Shown piece by piece: positions 21,709 to 26,066 of a stretch of DNA of 26,066 nucleotides. The notes below the pieces were generated by a model. It saw nothing but the letters and a program-made list of their open reading frames with translations, made no database searches and had not been told where the DNA came from. The stretch's first letter is position 1, and every line of letters begins with the position of its first letter. The position numbers were made by a program, and so were the translations under genes. Origin of the DNA: a virus; IMG/VR virus record IMGVR_UViG_3300031992_000417, positions 1 to 26,066 of that record. One strand, given 5' to 3'.

Positions 21709-22056
21709 ATGAATGAAAATTATTACCCAATTACATTTGATGGGGACAGTTTCATTATTAACAATAATGGGACTGCCCCAGCCCCTTGTAAGATTACAAT
21801 TGTCCCATAGGTAGATTTTGTAAATCTTACAATTGAGGGTTTAAGTGAAAAACCAATTAGTGTTTCACAAGTAAGAGCAAATGATACATTAATTATTGAC
21901 GGAGAGGAACGCACAATTACTATTAATGATAATACAGCATTTGATAGATATAATGGTTGGGAGTTCCCAAAAGTTTAGCCAGGATAGAATACGGTAAAAA
22001 TATTAAACGGCACACATATATAGATTTCAATAGAATTTAATATGAGGTATTTATAA
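21709..22056 (+). CDS. Distal tail protein, C-terminal domain only (115 aa)
   Basis: GGGGGA lies 8 nt upstream of ATG 21709. ...FIINNNGTAPAPCKITIVP...LTIEG....TLIIDGEERTITINDNTAFDRYNGWEFPKV[TAG]PG[TAG]NTVKI... matches the C-terminal 'i.N.Gt...P.i.i......l.iD......v...g.n....f..L.pG.N.i' pattern of siphovirus Dit proteins. Four in-frame TAGs. TAA stop overlaps the Tal ATG. Confidence 0.8.
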
Positions 22057-23174
22057 TGTTTAAAATATATAATAGTAGTCGTCGTTTTTTAACCATATTA
22101 GACACAGGGTTAAAGAATGTTTATACCACTGATAGTTTAGACACTGGTTGGAGAAGTTTATGTTTTTAGGTGCCGTGTAAAACCGAATATCTCCAATACA
22201 TAGAAGAAGAAAATTATATAGAAACCGAAGATTATAACTATATCATAAAAGAAATAAAAAGTGAAGATAATATTTTTTTAACAGTCTATTGCCAACCTGA
22301 TATTGATGATTTTGAAAGTCAGGTTCATCCATATTTTGATGTTAATCAATTAGGGTTAAAACAAGCCTATGAGTATTGTTTAAATGATACTGGTTGGGAA
22401 TTATCTTATCATAGTTCTAATTATACGAGATTACAGAATGAATATTAGGGTAGTAATAAATATAAAATTGAAATGATACGCAAAATGGCAAGTGATTTTA
22501 ACCAAGAGATATGGTTTGATACAAAAAATAAAATATTATATATTTATGATTGGTTAGGCAAGGACTTCGGGGCCTTTTATTCTAATGAGTTAAAATTAAA
22601 ACTATTAAAATAGTTTTCAAATACTTATGATTATGGAACAGTGGTATATCCTATCCCAAATAAAAAAATGAGTGGTAATATTTGGACTATTAATGATGGA
22701 AAAGATTATATTGAAAATTATGATTATACCACAAAACGCATTGTAAAATTTTATAAAGATGATAATGCTAAATATGCGGAATAGTTATTACGAGGAGCAT
22801 AGCAATATTTAAATGAAATTAGTGTGCCAAAAACTACTTATGAAATTGCTTTAACAGATATTGGCTCATCTGTTGCTCTTGGAGATAATATTGTTATTGT
22901 TGATAAAATTAAAAATATTAAAATTAAACAAAGAGTGGTAGAAATTATACGGTATCCATTAGAACCAGAAAAAAGCAAATTAATCATATCTAATTTACCA
23001 AGTAATTTTTATAAAATGTTTATAGCAGGTAACAGACAATTAGAAAAAGATATGACATTTGTGAAAGAAACAATAGAAACTAATGGAGATTTAATTAATT
23101 TGAATGATACGCATATTAACGACATTATAGATAAGTTAGACAAGGCTAATATTATTACTATTAATTTTGATTAA
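22056..23174 (+). CDS. Tail-associated protein Tal (Prophage_tail / TIGR01665 N-terminal domain, gp27-like); no obvious C-terminal enzymatic extension
   Basis: TAATG overlap with the upstream gene. ...SLCF[TAG]VPCKTEYLQYIEEENYIETEDYNYIIKEIKSEDN...LKQAYEYCLNDTGWEL..., ...AE[TAG]LLRGA[TAG]QYLNEISVPKTTYEIALTDIG... Five in-frame TAGs join track ORFs 22170-22448 and 22824-23174. TAA stop. Confidence 0.85.
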
Positions 23175-23221
23175 AAAATTTTTAGGACAATTTTGTTCTA
23201 ACGGTTTATAAGAATTTTCAT
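23175..23221 (+). promoter_or_regulatory. Conserved intergenic module, copy B (partner of 4733-4779)
   Basis: 23175-23197 is identical to 4733-4755, and the following 24 nt match 16/24. It starts immediately after the Tal stop codon. Confidence 0.55.
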
Positions 23222-23256
23222 ATACTTATGAAAAGTCAAGGCATAGCGATTTTCAC

Positions 23257-23285
23257 TTGATTTTTTTAAAAAAATATTATATAAT
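23257..23285 (+). promoter_or_regulatory. Sigma70-type promoter (TTGATT, 17 nt, TATAAT) for the TAG-free accessory genes
   Basis: -35 TTGATT at 23257-23262, a 17-nt A/T spacer (TTTTTAAAAAAATATTA), and -10 TATAAT at 23280-23285. It lies about 50 nt upstream of ATG 23337. Confidence 0.6.
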
Positions 23286-23336
23286 ATATTTGTAAAAAAG
23301 ATAAAAAATAATTTATTTGAAAGGAAATAATAAAAA

Positions 23337-23510
23337 ATGGCTAATAAATATAGTGTTACGATTGATGTTAAGACTGATATGGAACTATCTGCGACTGATT
23401 TGATAGATTATTTCCGCACGTTAATTCTTGAAGGGGACGCCGTTATGCCGTGTGATGCTGAAAGAATTACGATTAAGTCTAACGGTTATGAAAATGTTAT
23501 TTTTGGATAA
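23337..23510 (+). CDS. Hypothetical small protein (57 aa, TAG-free)
   Basis: MANKYSVTIDVKTDMELSATDLIDYFRTLILEGDAVMPCDAERITIKSNGYENVIFG. It is preceded by the 26-nt leader ATTTGAAAGGAAATAATAAAAAATGG, shared exactly with the next gene. TAA stop. It falls below the ORF-track length cut-off. Confidence 0.55.
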   Translation: MANKYSVTIDVKTDMELSATDLIDYFRTLILEGDAVMPCDAERITIKSNGYENVIFG

Positions 23511-23575
23511 AAAAATTTAATATCATATATATAACATAAAGTTAGAAATAAAAATTTGAAAGGAAATAATAAAAA

Positions 23576-24076
23576 ATGGTTCTGGAAATTATTGATGTAA
23601 AGTATCGTGATATGTTTGGTATTAACCCTAAATATGAACGCATTATTGAAAATAAACTTAATGATGCGGACGGTTTTAACGCATTTAAGGTAATGGTGAA
23701 TACCGCATTAGAAAATCTTACAAAAGAAATTGAAGGCAAAGTGCGAATTGGTTTGATTGAGCCTCATATGTTTGGGAAATATTATGGATATAATAATGAC
23801 CCTCATAATTATCATCGTGATGTATTTGAAGGTTATGCTCCTCATCCTTATTCGGCAAAACAATTAAACCAGAAAATTGGCAATCTCTATGCCCCGGCCC
23901 GGCTCACTAAATATGTTAATAATGGACTAATGAGACGAGGAAAATATGGAGTAAAAAGTGAGACTTATAGTTATTATTTGCCTTATGATTTTTTCACGAC
24001 GAATGACCCCACGATTAAGTTTGTCCCTAATGATTGGGAGCGTGAAGGTATGAGACTTACATCTAATGATTTTTAA
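23576..24076 (+). CDS. Hypothetical protein (166 aa, TAG-free, His/Tyr-rich middle); no family recognised
   Basis: An uninterrupted ORF with the same 26-nt leader as 23337. It is followed by a 3' UTR and an intrinsic terminator. Confidence 0.78.
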   Translation: MVLEIIDVKYRDMFGINPKYERIIENKLNDADGFNAFKVMVNTALENLTKEIEGKVRIGLIEPHMFGKYYGYNNDPHNYHRDVFEGYAPHPYSAKQLNQKIGNLYAPARLTKYVNNGLMRRGKYGVKSETYSYYLPYDFFTTNDPTIKFVPNDWEREGMRLTSNDF

Positions 24077-24142
24077 TTCGTTTATCACTATGTTTTATAA
24101 TGTTTATATAATATAAGCAGTTATTTTTAGTAGTCATACGGA

Positions 24143-24176
24143 ATAGCACACCTAATAAAAAGGTGTGCTATTTTTA
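24143..24176 (+). terminator. Rho-independent terminator
   Basis: A 10-bp stem ATAGCACACC (24143-24152) / GGTGTGCTAT (24162-24171), a 9-nt A-rich loop, then a T run. Confidence 0.85.
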
Positions 24177-24199
24177 TACCCATTTTTAGGAGGTCTAGA

Positions 24200-24373
24200 A
24201 TGAGAGACGCAATTAACGAGTTAAATAAAAACTCAATTTCAAAGGCTACTGGTATCTCATACGGACGCCTCCGCAAATACGCATCTGGTCTTATTAAAGA
24301 TTTAACACCAGAAGAACAAGAAAAAATCTACCAATATCTAATAAATTTAGCCAATTTATTTAAAAAAAATTAA
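24200..24373 (+). CDS. Small helix-turn-helix protein (57 aa, TAG-free)
   Basis: AGGAGG lies 7 nt upstream of ATG 24200. ...NKNSISKATGISYGRLRKYASGLIKD... is an HTH-like segment. TAA stop at 24371. Confidence 0.65.
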   Translation: MRDAINELNKNSISKATGISYGRLRKYASGLIKDLTPEEQEKIYQYLINLANLFKKN

Positions 24374-24398
24374 TACAAAAATCCAAGGAGGTCTTAAA

Positions 24399-24992
24399 AT
24401 GGAAGACAAATATGGCACACCCGCCATTAATTTGCCAGAAGAAGACGAAGAAGAAATTTGGATGCCGGCACCAGGCTATGAGGACCGCTATGAAATTTCA
24501 AGTTTTGGCAATTTAAAAAATAAAAAAACAGGATTATTACGAAAATTAGATAAAGACCATTTCGGGTATCCAGTCGTATGTTTAAGAAAATACGACCCTA
24601 TTATAAAGAAGTATAGAACTCATTCTGTTTATATCCATAGATTAGTATGTGAAGCGTTTAATGGACCACCTACTGCTGAAAATAATATCTGCGACCATAT
24701 AGACCGATGTATCGTGAATAATTATTATCTCAATCTTCGTTGGACCGACCACAGAGGAAATAAAATGAATAGTAAAACTTCTTCTGCTCGGCGCCCACAT
24801 ATTAAAATTAAAACTACTCCTATTGTTCTATTGGATATAAATGGGAATTTTATAGAACGATTTAATAGTATATTAGAAGCCCACGAAAAAACTGGTATTA
24901 GTATATAGTAGATATAGCATAATCTACGAGGGGCACGGGAACCTTTTAAAATCGGGTATTTTAAGACCGAAGCGGATTATTTTGACAAATAA
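24399..24992 (+). CDS. Free-standing HNH homing-type endonuclease (NUMOD4-like N-terminus, HNH_3 core, C-terminal IENR1/NUMOD1-like DNA-binding helix)
   Basis: AAGGAGG lies upstream of ATG 24399. YEISSFGNLKN (NUMOD4-like), HRLVCEAFNGPP...CDHIDRCIVNNYYLNLRWTDHRGN (HNH). With TAG as sense the ORF runs through TAG TAG ATA TAG (24906-24917) to ...FNSILEAHEKTGISI[TAG][TAG]I[TAG]HNLRGAREPFKIGYFKTEADYFDK and TAA at 24990. Confidence 0.82.
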
Positions 24993-25010
24993 AAAAAAAT
25001 TTGATATAAT
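24982..25010 (+). promoter_or_regulatory. Near-perfect sigma70 promoter: TTGACA, 17 nt, TGATATAAT (extended -10)
   Basis: TTGACA at 24982-24987, a 17-nt spacer, TG at 25002-25003, and TATAAT at 25005-25010. It overlaps the last codons and stop of the HNH gene. Confidence 0.75.
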
Positions 25011-25097
25011 ATAATTACAAAATAAATAAGTTCTTTTTTAAAAAATCACTAAACAGGATAAGGGCTTATATTATTTTCCTTCTTAATTTCATTGATG

Positions 25098-25197
25098 GTA
25101 GAGCCGTATTATAATATTCAGGGTTTTTTTCCTGGGATTTTTAGCCATTTTCCCACAACTCCTTTCACCTCCCCTGAATATTCTAATGCGGCTCTAT
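25098..25197 (+). other. Long inverted repeat / hairpin (26-bp stem, 48-nt loop with a nested stem) in the leader downstream of the consensus promoter
   Basis: GTAGAGCCGTATTATAATATTCAGGG (25098-25123) pairs with CCCTGAATATTCTAATGCGGCTCTAT (25172-25197). There are 23 Watson-Crick pairs, one G-U and two mismatches. The loop contains TGGGA...TCCCA. Confidence 0.8.
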
Positions 25198-25235
25198 TAC
25201 TAAAAACAAATTTATTCCAAAAGGAGATACAAATA

Positions 25236-25415
25236 ATGACAAAGACCAAAAAGATTTATTCAAGTAAAATAGCCGGAGCCTTATATAGATAGGGTTTTAA
25301 AATTATCGGCACTGAACCCAATCCGCACAAACCGTGGTTGGATGTGTTTATTTTTAATGATACAGATGCTTTGAATGAGGCGTTTGATAAGATATTAACC
25401 AATAGAAAATCATAA
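25236..25415 (+). CDS. Small DUF5659-like protein (59 aa, one in-frame TAG)
   Basis: AAGGAG at 25221-25226 precedes ATG 25236. MTKTKKIYSSKIAGALYR[TAG]GFKIIGTEPNPHKPWLDVFIFNDTDALNEAFDKIL fits the 'a..L...Gf.........vf.F.d' pattern. TAA TAA stop at 25413. Confidence 0.65.
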
Positions 25416-25433
25416 TAAGAAGGAGTATGCCAA

Positions 25434-26066
25434 ATGCCAAATTATAAACAAGCACCTAAATTATATCATAACAAAACTAATTTTAATAGTGATAACTATT
25501 ATAATCTACCGCAGGAATTAATGGATTGTATTTTTACTCAAATTGATGGTAAAAGTGGTAATCAAATTAAATTAATTATCGTATTACTCGGCACATTAGG
25601 TAATGGAACATTCGGTGTGAGCGAAAAATGGATATGCGAGCGCACAGGAATGGTCCAATAGACATATAGTAAAGCGCGCCAAGCGTTGATAGAACGCGGT
25701 TGGGTTTATGTTGAAGATGGTAAATTATATGTATTGCCTTCTATCATTCGTTATGGGTTTCATTATCCAGAAGGAATTAGTGATGAAGAGAGGGCGGCTA
25801 TTAGGGAAAAAACAATTTCAAAATGTGTCAATGACATCAAAAAGCAATATGGGTTGGAAGTGAAGACACAATTTGAAAATGTCCCATAGGCACAATTTGA
25901 AAATGTCCCATCGGGACAATGTGAAATTGTGTATAATATAATAAATAATAAAAATAATAGTAATATAAATAATTTACGATTAGGAACATCATCCCCTAAC
26001 GGGGCTGATATCCCTAATCCAGATAGTAATCCAAAGATAGAAAAAGAAATTAGTAGAGATGAAGCC
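25434..26066 (+). CDS. Putative replication initiator / winged-HTH DNA-binding protein (5' part; continues to 208 via the terminal overlap; 237 aa in total)
   Basis: AAGGAG lies upstream of ATG 25434. ...GNQIKLIIVLLGTLGNGTFGVSEKWICERTGMV[TAG]QTYSKARQALIERGWVYVEDGKLYV... is wHTH-like, as in phage replisome-organizer/DnaD-like initiators. Two in-frame TAGs (25659, 25887). Iteron-like repeats lie inside its 3' part. Confidence 0.6.
25867..25931 (+). repeat. Iteron-like direct repeats (24-nt period, 2 exact copies plus 1 degenerate) followed by an AT-rich tract; candidate origin
   Basis: CACAATTTGAAAATGTCCCAT occurs at 25867-25887 and again at 25891-25911. A degenerate third unit, GACAATGTGAAATTGTG, lies at 25915-25931. 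After that comes about 45 nt of almost pure A/T (25931-25975). Confidence 0.6.

Noticed and set aside
835-23174. An alternative reading in which the TAG-interrupted structural genes are pseudogenes of a decaying prophage, or the result of sequencing errors.
   Set aside because: Decay or error would give a mix of TAA, TGA, TAG and frameshifts. Here about 99 interruptions are exclusively TAG. Frames never shift, motifs continue across the breaks, start-stop overlaps and RBSs are intact, and no gene ends in TAG.
284-23739. All minus-strand track ORFs: 284-466, 594-785, 1080-1274, 2999-3379, 5560-5781, 5977-6183, 7723-7956, 7991-8209, 10307-10744, 10924-11115, 12541-12768, 14773-14955, 18111-18299, 21723-21914 and 23542-23739.
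   Set aside because: Each lies antisense to a well-supported + strand gene. None has an RBS, and their composition is low-complexity and unlike real proteins. They are typical shadow ORFs.
24096-24112. Two TATAAT hexamers (24096-24101 and 24107-24112) upstream of the 24143 terminator, as a promoter for a ~50-nt sRNA or an attenuator.
   Set aside because: The -35 candidates are poor (TTAATT, ATCACT) and there is no TG extension in this very AT-rich 3' UTR. TATAAT is expected by chance here, so I keep this only as a low-probability idea.
25092-25235. The N-terminal part of track ORF 25092-25292 (MMVEPYYNIQGFFPG...).
   Set aside because: It starts at an alternative start codon with no RBS and reads straight through both arms of the 26-bp inverted repeat. 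A strong AAGGAG plus ATG at 25236 in the same frame gives a protein matching a known small-protein pattern.
25867-25931. The tandem 24-nt repeats as a mini CRISPR array.
   Set aside because: There are only about 2.5 copies, with 3-nt 'spacers', in frame within a coding region and with no cas genes. An iteron or origin interpretation fits better.

Overview
This window is a complete tailed-phage genome. Bases 1-127 are identical to 25940-26066, so the unit length is 25,939 bp (circular assembly or terminal redundancy). The DNA is AT-rich, every credible gene is on the + strand, and the ribosome-binding sites are AGGAGG-type, as in Firmicutes. The main observation is stop-codon recoding. Under the standard code nearly all structural genes are broken into pieces, and every break is TAG. 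Reading TAG as sense (most likely Gln, table-15-like) gives 28 tightly packed ORFs covering about 96% of the genome. By hand count these carry 99 in-frame TAGs, and all 28 end in TAA or TGA, never TAG. Gene order is rep-like (wraps the junction), terS, small ORF, terL, portal, LL-H-holin-like membrane protein, SPP1-gp7/Mu-F-like head morphogenesis, scaffold, major capsid, connector, head closure, Ig-like protein, collagen-like fibre, BspA-type LRR protein, HK97-gp10-like, two small tail-completion ORFs, major tail protein, two micro-ORFs, a giant 3,023-codon ORF, Dit C-terminal domain, Tal, then a promoter-rich accessory block (two unknowns, HTH, HNH endonuclease, DUF5659-like). I found no tRNA, release factor, aaRS, integrase, polymerase, canonical tape measure or recognisable endolysin. 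The giant ORF (12617-21688) takes 35% of the genome. It starts with a Dit N-terminal domain and continues with repeat arrays, three copies of an 'LVRDxIPV...LFD' module and SH3b-like modules. Other non-coding features are a 47-nt module conserved in two intergenic regions, iteron-like repeats plus an AT-rich tract inside the rep-like gene, a perfect sigma70 promoter followed by a 26-bp-stem hairpin, and three strong intrinsic terminators. All calls come from reading the sequence by eye. Family names are motif recognition from memory, not searches.
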